Below are positions 1-8,614 of a DNA stretch of 64,000 bases, in pieces. The DNA is from an uncultured Opitutales bacterium (GTDB lineage Bacteria > Verrucomicrobiota > Verrucomicrobiia > Opitutales > JABDGR01). The stretch spans positions 13,380 to 77,379 of the forward strand of contig CAZLPS010000009.1 in NCBI GenBank assembly GCA_964561455.1, in the 5' to 3' direction. A program made the position numbers and the translations under genes. Positions within the stretch are counted from its first letter, which is position 1; each line of letters begins with the position of its first letter. The notes under the pieces are model-generated. The model was given only the letters and a program-made list of their open reading frames with translations. It had not been told where the DNA came from and did no database searches.

Positions 1-46
1 ATCTCCGGTCTTCTTCCCATTTCTCGCCATCCCTATCTCCCTCCCT

Positions 47-1582
47 ATGAAAGTACAGTCATTTAAGTCCCTCATGTTCATTGGCGTATGCGTTTGGGGC
101 ACCACCGGTGCCGTGGCGTTTTGGGCAGGTAAATCCATGGGCAGCCACGCCGCGTCCACCGCCGCCAAAAGCAAGGTCGCCACCGGCAAAGGCATGTTGA
201 ACTTCGTCTCCGGCAGCGCCTCGACCAAGGATCCAGGCGCCCCGGTGGACTCCGATTTGCTCGCCATGAAGGGCCGCTTGGACCCCGCTGATGTCGCCCG
301 CTGGGCCGCCAGCCTTAGCCCCGGTCAATACGCCGACGAAATGGCCAAACTCCAGGGTCAGCCCGCTGGCTCCAAGCGCGACGCAATGCTTACCGCCCTC
401 TACGGTGTATGGGCCAAGACCAATCCCCAGGAATTTCTTCAGAACAGCAGCAAGATGACAAATCCAACCGCCCGGGCCGCCGCCACCACCGAAGCCCTCG
501 CTTCGTGGGGTCAGAAGGATGCGTTGAGCGCCCTCAGCTGGCTCAAGTCAAACCCCGGCATCACCGCCGCGCAGGATGATCAGGAGCGCTTGTCCATCCT
601 CAAAGGATTCGCCGCAGGCAACCCCACCGACGCCTTTGCTTATGTGAATGCTCTGGCCGATACGGACCCCTTGAAATCTTCAGCAATTAATGCCCTCATT
701 GCCGGTATGGCCCAAACCGGTGACTTCGACAAAATGCTGCCCATGTTGGACACTTTGCCGCCCACCATGCAGAACGCGGCCTACGCCCAATTCCTCGCCC
801 AATGGGCCTCCGATTCCCCGTCCGATGCCGCAAAATGGATTTCCGGCCTTGATCCCGCCACTTACCAACGCCAGATGGGCCAATATTCCCAGACCCTCCT
901 GGCCAGTTGGGCATCGAGCGATCCCTTGGCCGCCGCACAATGGGCCGCCCAGCAGGATGCCTCCAATCTCGCGAACGGTGTCAATACCGGCCGTGGTGGC
1001 CGCGGCGGCCCCGGCGGCGCAGGTGGTCCCGGCGGCGGTGGTCGTGGGGGCAATCTTCTCGCCACCACCATCAGCGACTGGGTTTCCGCAGGTGGCGTGG
1101 ATGACGCCGGCCAATATTTGAATAATCTGCCCGCCTCCCCATCCAAAGATTCGGCAACTGCCACCTTTGTCCGCAGCGTCATGACCGATGACCCCAACTC
1201 TGCCATGACTTGGGCCAAAACTATTACTGACCCCAATCAGCAGATTGCCTCCATGGACACCGTGGCCCGCACTTGGAACGCCCAAGACCCCAATGGATTC
1301 AGCCAGTATCTTTCAACTTTGGATCCCGCCATAGCTTCCCAATTGCAAACCGCCGCCCAACAAGCCGGTGGCCGTGGTTTTGGTCTCGCCGGCGCAGGCG
1401 GCCCGGGCGGCCCAGGCGGCCCAGGCGGTGGCCTCGTTGGCGGCGGTGCTACTGGTGGCGGTCGCGCGGCTCGGGCGCAAGCCACGGGTGCCGGCTCGGT
1501 CATTACTTCCACGGGCGCTGGTCGACGCGGTGGTGGTACCGGCGGTCGCCGTGGCGGCGGTGGTGGTGGTGGCGGCGGTTAA
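47..1582 (+). CDS. Membrane-anchored helical-repeat protein with Gly/Arg-rich low-complexity segments (paralog 1 of 4)
   Basis: The N-terminal hydrophobic helix is FIGVCVWGTTGAVAFWAG. Repeated A-x-x-W-x(n)-DP motifs are present, such as ALSWLKSNPG, AAKWISGLDP and AMTWAKTITDPNQQ. There is an internal GRGGRGGPGGAGGPGGGGRGG run and a C-terminal GGRRGGGGGGGGG tail. The protein is collinear with the ORF at 1716-3305. Confidence 0.7.
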   Translation: MKVQSFKSLMFIGVCVWGTTGAVAFWAGKSMGSHAASTAAKSKVATGKGMLNFVSGSASTKDPGAPVDSDLLAMKGRLDPADVARWAASLSPGQYADEMAKLQGQPAGSKRDAMLTALYGVWAKTNPQEFLQNSSKMTNPTARAAATTEALASWGQKDALSALSWLKSNPGITAAQDDQERLSILKGFAAGNPTDAFAYVNALADTDPLKSSAINALIAGMAQTGDFDKMLPMLDTLPPTMQNAAYAQFLAQWASDSPSDAAKWISGLDPATYQRQMGQYSQTLLASWASSDPLAAAQWAAQQDASNLANGVNTGRGGRGGPGGAGGPGGGGRGGNLLATTISDWVSAGGVDDAGQYLNNLPASPSKDSATATFVRSVMTDDPNSAMTWAKTITDPNQQIASMDTVARTWNAQDPNGFSQYLSTLDPAIASQLQTAAQQAGGRGFGLAGAGGPGGPGGPGGGLVGGGATGGGRAARAQATGAGSVITSTGAGRRGGGTGGRRGGGGGGGGG

Positions 1583-1715
1583 TCCTCCCAGCGCTTTTCG
1601 CGCCTCAGTTCTTCTCATGCCTTCCGAGAAACTTGGATGGCATTTGTTTTGGTGCCCGCTTGACCGTCAAATGGAACTTGCGAACGATTTACCGGTTTAT
1701 TACTATCGAGCATCC

Positions 1716-3305
1716 ATGAAATTTCCTTCGCTTAAGACTTTGCTGTTTATTGGCCTGTATGCGGCGGTCGGCGCAGCCGGTTATTGGTTGGGTAATTCCC
1801 GCGCCGCGTCGTCGGCCCCAACTCCGGCCAAATCCCGCGCCCCTGCTGGCGCCGCCGCCAACACTCATGGCCGCCTCCCCGGCACCGTCACCCTTGATCG
1901 CGGTGACGTGGACAAATTTTTGCAGGCCAAAGGCAAGCCCGATGCTGCCGCCCTTGCCGAGTGGGCCAAAAACTTGTCCCCGGATGAATGCGCCGCCTAT
2001 CTCGCCTCCATCCAAAAAATGCCCCCGGGCCAGCAGCGCGACGCCGTATTAAACGCTATCATCGGCTCTTGGGCCGCCCAGGACCCCAAAGGCTTCCTCG
2101 CCGACGCCAAGGACATCTCCGGCCCCCGCATGAAGGAACAGGGCACCGACGCCGCCCTCAAGGCCTGGGCCGCCCAAAATCCCACCGACGCTTTGCAATG
2201 GATTAAGGATAATCCCGGCTCCGCCCCGACCGCCGCCGTGCAAGCGCGCTATCTCGCCGCCTTCGCCGGCTACGCCACCACCGATCCCCAGGGCGCCTTC
2301 GCCGCCGCCAATGCCCTGTCGGGCACCACTCTCATGGATCAACGACTCAAAAATCAAGCCATTCAGGCCGTCATGTCCGGCTTTGCCGACCAGGGTAAAT
2401 TTACCGACGCCACCGCCCTCATCGCCCAAATGCCCGATGGCGCCCAAAAAAATCAAGCGCTCGCCAGCATCGCCAGCAGTTGGGGCTCTGCCAATCCCGC
2501 TGACGCCACCGCCTGGGTCGCTTCCATGACCGACCCCCAGCAGCGCTCCTCCCTCGGCGGCCAAATCGCCGCCCAATGGGCCGCCACCGACCCCGCCGCC
2601 GCCGCCAATTGGGCCGCTCAGATGGACTCCCAAGCCGCCGCTGATGCCCAGAATAATGGCGCCGCCACACCCAGCAGCTATATGCTCGCTGACGCCATGC
2701 GCACCTGGGCCAGTTATGACCTCGACGCCACCGGCGACTTCCTCAACCAATTGCCCGCCTCGCCCGACAAAGACGGCGCCGTCGCCACCTTCGCCCTCAC
2801 CGCCGCCCAGGACGATCCCGCCAGCGCCATGAACTGGGTTAACACCATTGGCGACCCCGGCATGCAGCAGCGCCTCGCGATGGTCACCGCCCTCCAATGG
2901 CAGCAATCCGACCCGGCCGGCTACAGCACCTTCATCAGCAACACCACGCTCCTCAGCGATCAGCAAAAGCAAATGCTCGCCACTCTTCAGCCCATGATCG
3001 CGAATGCCCAAGCCGGCGGCCGCGGCGGGTTTGGTGGCGGCTTTGGCGGTGGCGGAGGTAACGGCGGCGGCGCGAACCCCGGCGGCATCCCCGCCCGCAT
3101 GCAAGACATGGTCATTAACGGTGGCGGCGCCGCTGGCGCATTTCTTTCCGGTGGCGGCTTCGGTGGACTCCTCGCCCCCGCTCCCGCCGCGGCCTCTGGC
3201 TCAGCCATGGCCCCCGCCAACACCGGCCGCGCCGCCGCGCCCAACATCATCACCAGCCTCCGCCAGGGCCGCCGCAACGGCGGCACCGGCGCCAACGGCG
3301 GCTAA
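1716..3305 (+). CDS. Membrane-anchored helical-repeat protein with Gly-rich tail (paralog 2 of 4)
   Basis: The internal ATG at 1716 (MKFPSLKTLLFIGLYAAVGAAGYW) is in frame with track ORF 1368-3305 and mirrors the N-terminus of the 47-1582 protein. It shows the same motifs (ALQWIKDNPG, AMNWVNTIGDPGMQQ) and a GGRGGFGGGFGGGGGNGGG tail. Confidence 0.7.
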   Translation: MKFPSLKTLLFIGLYAAVGAAGYWLGNSRAASSAPTPAKSRAPAGAAANTHGRLPGTVTLDRGDVDKFLQAKGKPDAAALAEWAKNLSPDECAAYLASIQKMPPGQQRDAVLNAIIGSWAAQDPKGFLADAKDISGPRMKEQGTDAALKAWAAQNPTDALQWIKDNPGSAPTAAVQARYLAAFAGYATTDPQGAFAAANALSGTTLMDQRLKNQAIQAVMSGFADQGKFTDATALIAQMPDGAQKNQALASIASSWGSANPADATAWVASMTDPQQRSSLGGQIAAQWAATDPAAAANWAAQMDSQAAADAQNNGAATPSSYMLADAMRTWASYDLDATGDFLNQLPASPDKDGAVATFALTAAQDDPASAMNWVNTIGDPGMQQRLAMVTALQWQQSDPAGYSTFISNTTLLSDQQKQMLATLQPMIANAQAGGRGGFGGGFGGGGGNGGGANPGGIPARMQDMVINGGGAAGAFLSGGGFGGLLAPAPAAASGSAMAPANTGRAAAPNIITSLRQGRRNGGTGANGG

Positions 3306-3347
3306 GAACTTTTTCCGGCAGGGCATTTATGCAAAACCTGCTTTGCG

Positions 3348-3554
3348 CTATTTAAAATACCACTTGCCGTCGATCTTGATGAATGTCCTTGGCCGGGTTA
3401 CTGATTCTGGCGGGAGGGGTTGGACGCCTGGGCCAACATCGTTGTCGCCGGGATACACTATGGTAAATTGGAAAGTGGCTTCGTCCCCGGCGGCGTTGTA
3501 AACCGGTGTTTGGTTTTCGAGGTCCTCCCAAGCGCGTACTTGTGCCTCGGCCAT
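3348..3554 (-). CDS. Hypothetical protein; possibly the C-terminal half of a gene split by an in-frame TGA
   Basis: This 68-aa ORF ends in FIKIDGKWYFK. It is in the same reading frame as 3579-3920, separated by one TGA plus 7 sense codons. Confidence 0.45.
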   Translation of the reverse strand: MAEAQVRAWEDLENQTPVYNAAGDEATFQFTIVYPGDNDVGPGVQPLPPESVTRPRTFIKIDGKWYFK

Positions 3555-3578
3555 TTCGCTATGTACGCCATCTCGGGC

Positions 3579-3920
3579 TCAAATCTCTTGCACTTGTTGA
3601 TAACTTCTTAACATTTCTGGATCTATTTTCTGGGGTTGTGTGTAAGTTCTATAGAAGTCCGCCAACGCACCAATTCGATAACAATTTGCAATATCAACGA
3701 TCGTGGTTTTCAAATCGGATTGCGGGTCAACTTTGACGGTCGGATCGGCGGCCGCGGCCGGCTGTACGGTACTATGCGGCACAGGCGCAGGCCCAACCTT
3801 CGGCAACTCTATTTGCTTAGGCGCTACATTTCCCGTTGGCCGCTTAACCGTGGCTAAATCTGAGGTCGGAACCGCCTCACTCCGCTCCAACCACCAAATC
3901 ACCCGACACACCACAGCCAC
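3579..3920 (-). CDS. Hypothetical protein; possibly the N-terminal half of a gene split by an in-frame TGA
   Basis: This 113-aa ORF has a hydrophobic N-terminus and a Pro/Ala-rich linker, then TTIVDIANCYRIGALADFYRTYTQ. It ends at a TGA in frame with the next ORF. Confidence 0.45.
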   Translation of the reverse strand: MAVVCRVIWWLERSEAVPTSDLATVKRPTGNVAPKQIELPKVGPAPVPHSTVQPAAAADPTVKVDPQSDLKTTIVDIANCYRIGALADFYRTYTQPQKIDPEMLRSYQQVQEI

Positions 3921-4010
3921 CCCAACGAAAACCTTAATGAAGTCCTTACGCCTTATACCCCCGCTTCTACACCCCTTTCCCTTTGCGACGCAAGCCCACC
4001 CGCATCACCT

Positions 4011-4116
4011 GAATTCCCAAATTCCACCCTCATGCCCCCATGCCCGTAAAGCCACCAACCACCAAGCACCAAGTCACCAAGCACTAAAACACCTCCCGAT
4101 CCCAAATTCCAAATTT
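4011..4116. repeat. Heptamer-periodic degenerate repeat tract (CACCAAG and CCAAATT flavours)
   Basis: The tract reads in 7-nt phase: gaattcc caaattc caccctc ... caccaac caccaag caccaag tcaccaa ... ccaaatt ccaaatt. It lies directly upstream of tRNA-Pro. Confidence 0.6.
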
Positions 4117-4187
4117 AAAGGCCCCCATCTTCCATGCTCGACATCCCCCGGCACTTCCTGAATAGTCACCCCTTGGCCACACGGCCT

Positions 4188-4264
4188 CGGGGCGTAGCGA
4201 AGTCTGGTATCGCGCTTGGTTTGGGACCAAGAGGCCGCCGGTTCGAATCCGGCCGCCCCGACCA
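4188..4264 (+). tRNA. tRNA-Pro (anticodon TGG)
   Basis: A cloverleaf can be drawn by hand. The acceptor is CGGGGCG/CGCCCCG, the anticodon stem is CTTGG/CCAAG with loop TTTGGGA, the T-arm is GCCGG TTCGAAT CCGGC, and the CCA end is encoded. Confidence 0.9.
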
Positions 4265-4493
4265 TTTCGGCAATCTGCCCGCATCGCGACCCATAGATTG
4301 TATCCGCGTCGCTTCCTTTCAAAGATTGCGTTTGCCGACGCCATTCCCGGCGTTTGTCTCGTGCATGAGCGGCAATACTCGAAACTGCACTGTGCTGCAA
4401 CGGTTGCGGGGGCGCGGCCTTGGGCAAGGCCATGGCATGCGTTCTTTTGAATCTCCTGGAGTTTATCCGCCGCAGGCGCAGCCCATCCGGATC

Positions 4494-6722
4494 CTACAGC
4501 AACTCGCCCTGAACCGGTTGCCCGCTGGCCGTTGGCGCCAGATAGGCCGCATATCTTTCCATCCAATCCTCCAACTTTTCCAAATAATATCCCGGATCGT
4601 ACGGTGCCTTCTCCGGATCGAATTCGGCCATCGGCCGGGCTCGTTGCCAGTCGGGGGCATTATTCTTGGCTCCGGGCGCAATGTAGTAGGTCACCGATTC
4701 GCCCTGGCGCGGCACCGGGTTGGTTCTCAACGCGACTTCGAGCGCGGCCCGGCGGGGCTTCGTGGCGCTTTCGATTTCCACCGCAAGTTTGTAGGCCTCC
4801 GGACTCAGGCTGAGGAATTCCGTCTTCGCCAGGCGGCGGACGTCCACCTTCCTCTCCTGCAGGCCCGTGCGGAACTTTTTCAACAATTCCTCCGGGCTGG
4901 GGCCGCCGGCCCCGAGCAGGTGGTGGAGGAGAGCTTCGGTGAGCTCGCGCAGGAAGGGTTCCAACCCGCGGGAGCGCAACGCGGAACCGCGCACTTTGAC
5001 CTCGCCTTCATCCAGCAACGCGTAGTTCTTCGCCTTGTAACAGAACATGCCGTCGTACTTGCCGTCGAATTCCAGGTCAATGCCGGCCGGGAGAACACCG
5101 GAGACAAGGTTCAAAAGCTTTTCGGGTTCGTCGAAAAATTCCGGGGCGTGGAGGTAGAGCCCATCCGTGTCGGCCTCCAGGACTTTGCCGCCGTGTTTTT
5201 CGAATTCGTTGATGAGGGCCTGGAGGAGGTCGCGACCGCGGGACGTGACTTCGGCCGCCAGTTCGCTGTCGCCGAAGCGGGCGCCTTCAAATCCGAGGTA
5301 ACCATAGAAGGAATTGATGATGATTTTGAAACCAACCTGACGCGCGGCGAACTCACGACGTAACTCGGCGGTGGCGGCGTCGCGGGCCAGATTCTTGTAG
5401 GCGAGGCGCTCAGTGCGTAATTCGCGCAAGAGGGGAATAAAGGCTCCCAGGGAATCGCCCACGGGATTGCGTCCGATGAGCAGGAGGAGGCTGGGGTAGA
5501 GCGAAGCGACGTCAAAGTGCAGGACTTTCTTATAAACGCCGGCGGCGAATCCACGGGTGTAGCCACCTTCAAAGGGTCGCGCCGGCGGGGGTGTGGGCAG
5601 CGCGCGGTGAGCGTGAAAATATTTTTCGAGAAGCAGGATTTCCGCCTTGAACGCGGAGCCGCGCAGGCAGGCATCCTGCAAGGTCATGGGGAACGTTTTG
5701 GCTTGGGCGATGTAGCCGGGCAGCAGGAGGTCGGCGAGGGCGCGGGTTTCGCGCAGGTCGTCCGTAAGATAGGCGCGGAAGCGTGGGCGGTCATGGGCAA
5801 AAGTTTCCTGGATGGCGGCGGGGGCGAGGTAGGTGCGGGTGTCTTCGTCCTTGGTCAGGCCGAGATGCTGGGCGACGGCTTTGAGTCCGTACGAGGGCAA
5901 TTCACGCGCCGCGAGATCGTAAAGCTGGACCATTAGATAGGTATCGAAAACAGTGCGACCGGGGAGATCGTAACGCGGAAAATCCAGTTGGCGTTCGGCG
6001 ACGCGCAGGCGGCTGGGACGGAAAGTCGCCTCCTGGCCGAAGCGGCCCCAGGCGCAGGGAACTTTATGCCGACGGCAGCGCGTGCGCAAATAATCCAAAT
6101 CAAATTTGAAAATATTGTGGCCCTCAATGACATCGGGGTCTTCCTCCGCGAGCGCGCGGTTGAATTCCTCCAAGAGGGCTTTTTCTGCGTCATGGGTTTG
6201 GGCCTTTAATTCAAGCAACCGTGGGCCTTTGGCCGTCCCAATCCCAATCGCGAGGATGCGGTCACCCGCACGGCTGGCGTCGGAGAAGCCACCGGGAACG
6301 GAGCAGGCCGTTTCGATGTCCACCTGCACTCGGCGAAGGCGGGGGAAGGTGAGCCCCGCAAACATGCGGGCATTACGTTGCAGAAAAAACTGACTCTCCA
6401 GGCCGCGCAGGGTTTCGGAATCCGCATTGCGGGGACGGACTTCAAGCCAGTTGCGATAAGCGGCGACATCCGCGAAGTGGGCAAGGTGGGTGAGTTGGCC
6501 CTCCCCTGCCAGACGTTCGACTTGGGCCAGCGCGGGGTCCGGCGAAGTGATTTCATTGACCCAGGCAAACGGGTGAAATTGAGTCTGCGTGACCACCCGC
6601 GGCCCGTCGCCCTCGGCGGTGGCGAGCCACGCCATGCCATCACTGGCGATCCAGACTCCGCAGAGCGGCGGCTGGGCGGATTCCCATTCTGCGCGAGGAT
6701 TGAAAGGGGGGGCGGAAGCCAT
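4494..6722 (-). CDS. polB: Family B DNA polymerase (Pol II-like)
   Basis: Exonuclease motifs are VDIET and NIFKFDLDYL. Polymerase motifs are DVASLYPS, KIIINSFYGYLG, LEADTDGLYL and KAKNYALL. Confidence 0.9.
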   Translation of the reverse strand: MASAPPFNPRAEWESAQPPLCGVWIASDGMAWLATAEGDGPRVVTQTQFHPFAWVNEITSPDPALAQVERLAGEGQLTHLAHFADVAAYRNWLEVRPRNADSETLRGLESQFFLQRNARMFAGLTFPRLRRVQVDIETACSVPGGFSDASRAGDRILAIGIGTAKGPRLLELKAQTHDAEKALLEEFNRALAEEDPDVIEGHNIFKFDLDYLRTRCRRHKVPCAWGRFGQEATFRPSRLRVAERQLDFPRYDLPGRTVFDTYLMVQLYDLAARELPSYGLKAVAQHLGLTKDEDTRTYLAPAAIQETFAHDRPRFRAYLTDDLRETRALADLLLPGYIAQAKTFPMTLQDACLRGSAFKAEILLLEKYFHAHRALPTPPPARPFEGGYTRGFAAGVYKKVLHFDVASLYPSLLLLIGRNPVGDSLGAFIPLLRELRTERLAYKNLARDAATAELRREFAARQVGFKIIINSFYGYLGFEGARFGDSELAAEVTSRGRDLLQALINEFEKHGGKVLEADTDGLYLHAPEFFDEPEKLLNLVSGVLPAGIDLEFDGKYDGMFCYKAKNYALLDEGEVKVRGSALRSRGLEPFLRELTEALLHHLLGAGGPSPEELLKKFRTGLQERKVDVRRLAKTEFLSLSPEAYKLAVEIESATKPRRAALEVALRTNPVPRQGESVTYYIAPGAKNNAPDWQRARPMAEFDPEKAPYDPGYYLEKLEDWMERYAAYLAPTASGQPVQGELL

Positions 6723-6835
6723 GAGCGGAGAGCGGGGAGAAAGTAGGCAGGAATTAGCACACCGGAAAACGTTCCACGCTCAATGTTTAACGCTTAACGC
6801 TCAAGGGCAAGCAGTTGTTGTCTCCGCGCGACCAT

Positions 6836-7297
6836 TCATTTCAACCGCTTCCATCCACTATTCGCTCCACCGATTTGCAGGACACCGTACAATACCGCCG
6901 GGAGCAAAATGGCACTCAGCCCGTCCAGTGTTGGCCGGTGCGCGATGACGCCCAGCAAGAATACGGCCACGGCGGCACCGGCAGAACCAAAAAATGCCCA
7001 TTTTTTCCACCGGAAAATAAAAATGACGCAAACAATGTCCGTCAGCGCAAGGAGTTGAATGGCCGGAGAATACCATGGCGGAGCTGGCGCCGTGCCGCCG
7101 AGGGCTCCCAGAATCGGAGACGAACTGACAGTGCTGGAACTGTTTTCCGTAAGAAGACTCAGCGTCTCCAGCAAAATCATTAGAATCATCCAAGTGACCA
7201 AACAGCCATGGCGCTTGGGTGGGTTCGCTGAAGCTGGACCCGGCATCGGCGACGGGGTGCCGGGCGGGGGCGGGTTGAGAAGGGGCGGGATGTTCAT
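6836..7297 (-). CDS. Hypothetical multi-pass membrane protein with Pro-rich N-terminus
   Basis: This 153-aa ORF has several hydrophobic helices. No recognisable motif was found. Confidence 0.5.
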   Translation of the reverse strand: MNIPPLLNPPPPGTPSPMPGPASANPPKRHGCLVTWMILMILLETLSLLTENSSSTVSSSPILGALGGTAPAPPWYSPAIQLLALTDIVCVIFIFRWKKWAFFGSAGAAVAVFLLGVIAHRPTLDGLSAILLPAVLYGVLQIGGANSGWKRLK

Positions 7298-7545
7298 GGC
7301 GGCGGATCAGGTGGCAGGGTGAAGGTCAATGGAAACGGTAGCTTCAAGCAACGCTTAATGTTTTGCGCTTATCGCCCAACCGTCGGCTTGAGTCGTCCGT
7401 GGTCTCCTCCCAATTGAACCCGGCGCAGCGCCGGCGGTTGCGGTCAAAAAGTGACGGGGGTGGTGATAATCAGGAAAAGTACTCCCACCGCCGTGTTCTC
7501 CGCGCATATTATGGTAAAAAACTTTGCGGTGGGAATTCAAAGCAA

Positions 7546-7577
7546 CAGGGGCGCGCCCCTTGCGAAGCGCGCCCCTG
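7546..7577 (-). terminator. Candidate intrinsic terminator downstream of hsp20
   Basis: An 11-bp GC-rich stem (caggggcgcgc / gcgcgcccctg) closes a 10-nt loop. On the minus strand it is followed by ttgctttgaatt, about 35 nt after the hsp20 stop. Confidence 0.45.
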
Positions 7578-7610
7578 GATTCCAATCCTCGGTTCTCCAA
7601 ACCGAAATCT

Positions 7611-8030
7611 TTATCGCACTTCAATCGTGCGCAATTTGGCTTCCGGGGTCTTCGGGAACGTCAGCGTCAGGACGCCGTTTTCATAGGCGGCCTTGACATT
7701 GGCGGAGTCAACGCCCGATGGAACGGTGAAGCTGCGGCTGAATTCCTCGGTGGATTCGCTTTCGGCGGTTTTCACCGCGCGTTTGGCGGAGACGCTGAGG
7801 ACCGAGTTTTCAAACTCGACCTTGATATCTTCCTTTTTCACACCGGGCAGTTCGACTTTGGCTTCATAATGCTCGGCCGTCTCAGACAGATTCACTTTGG
7901 GTGAACTCGTCCAAGCAGCGCTTTCGGTGGTGCCACAGGCATCGCCGCAGCGGTTGGCTGTCGGGAACAAGGCCCCGAGGAACCGATCGAAATCGGTCGA
8001 GGCCGGATAGTCATATCGTATAAGTCTCAT
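7611..8030 (-). CDS. Hsp20/alpha-crystallin family small heat-shock protein
   Basis: The alpha-crystallin domain is present: YEAKVELPGVKKEDIKVEFENSVLSVSAKR ... FSRSFTVPSGVDSANVKAAYENGVLTLTFPK. An AAGGAG RBS sits about 12 nt upstream of the ATG. Confidence 0.9.
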   Translation of the reverse strand: MRLIRYDYPASTDFDRFLGALFPTANRCGDACGTTESAAWTSSPKVNLSETAEHYEAKVELPGVKKEDIKVEFENSVLSVSAKRAVKTAESESTEEFSRSFTVPSGVDSANVKAAYENGVLTLTFPKTPEAKLRTIEVR

Positions 8031-8161
8031 GTTGGTTCATCTCCTTTAGGTTGACTGGTGAATGGTTTTCCACCTTCCAATCATCAGGAAACATGCCAAG
8101 CTTCGCTATATTCATAACCTATTGCGCAGTAACGTAATATCGAAAAATTGACCTTTCGTAT

Positions 8162-8227
8162 ATGCGCCAATATGGCGCATTTAATCGAGCTTTCGGGCTG
8201 CGGACTGAATGCGCCATATTGACGCAT
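8162..8227. promoter_or_regulatory. Two copies of a 19-bp inverted repeat (candidate operator) upstream of hsp20
   Basis: ATGCGCCA-ata-TGGCGCAT (8162-8180) has perfect 8-bp arms. ATGCGCCA-tat-TGACGCAT (8209-8227) has one arm mismatch. The centres are 47 bp apart, 130-200 bp upstream of the hsp20 start. Confidence 0.4.
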
Positions 8228-8269
8228 AAAGCCCGGCCAATACTCCCATCGCTTACGAGAGTACTAATT

Positions 8270-8584
8270 CTATTTTGCCTTTAATTCCACCAGCGTCGCG
8301 CCCCAACCGCCCGTCGTCTCATTGCCCAAGCGGTACGACACCACGTGCGGCGAACGTTTCAGCCGGGCGTGGACCAACTCCCGCAGCGTGCCAGTTCCCT
8401 TGCCATGGACAATTCGAATTTCTCGCCAGCCGCGCGCGTGACTTTCCTCAACAAAGGCGTCCACGGCATCCCCGGTTTCCCGCGGGTGGAAGGTGTGTAG
8501 ATCGAGCGTGCCCTCGATTGGCAGGTGATGCGGTTTTCGATCGTCAGCGTGCATGCTGACAAGAATAACCGGTAGAATACCCAA
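8270..8584 (-). CDS. Smr domain-containing protein
   Basis: The sequence LDLHTFHPRETGDAVDAFVEESHARGWREIRIVHGKGTGTLRELV matches the Smr (LDLHG ... HGKGtG) pattern. The start could instead be the internal Met at 8554. Confidence 0.8.
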   Translation of the reverse strand: MGILPVILVSMHADDRKPHHLPIEGTLDLHTFHPRETGDAVDAFVEESHARGWREIRIVHGKGTGTLRELVHARLKRSPHVVSYRLGNETTGGWGATLVELKAK

Positions 8585-8614
8585 ACGCCAAGTGGCAAAG
8601 CCGGAATCGGCAAA

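Noticed and set aside
2049-3104. Long antisense or alternative-frame ORFs opposite annotated genes: 2049-3104(-), 4134-5363(+), 17837-19036(-), 19202-21034(-), 29066-30337(+), 30085-31329(+), 32093-33352(+), 39625-40794(-) and 23955-24770(+).
   Set aside because: GC-rich genomes are depleted in stop codons on the antisense strand. These translations are Arg/Gly/Ala/Pro-rich low-complexity strings with no motifs, and each overlaps a gene with clear family motifs on the other strand.
4188-6722. A family B DNA polymerase immediately next to tRNA-Pro raised the possibility of a casposon or other self-synthesising mobile element.
   Set aside because: No Cas1/casposase, integrase, terminal inverted repeats or target-site duplication are visible. 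The polymerase has ordinary Pol II-like exonuclease and polymerase motifs and host-like GC content. The neighbouring genes (membrane protein, hsp20) are housekeeping-like.
8085-8110. A TGGCAT-N-TGAT string upstream of hsp20 was considered as a sigma54 (-24/-12) promoter, and CTTGG... as a sigma32 -35 element.
   Set aside because: The -12 element lacks the conserved GC (it reads TGA, not TGC). No CCCCAT-like sigma32 -10 element is present at the right spacing.
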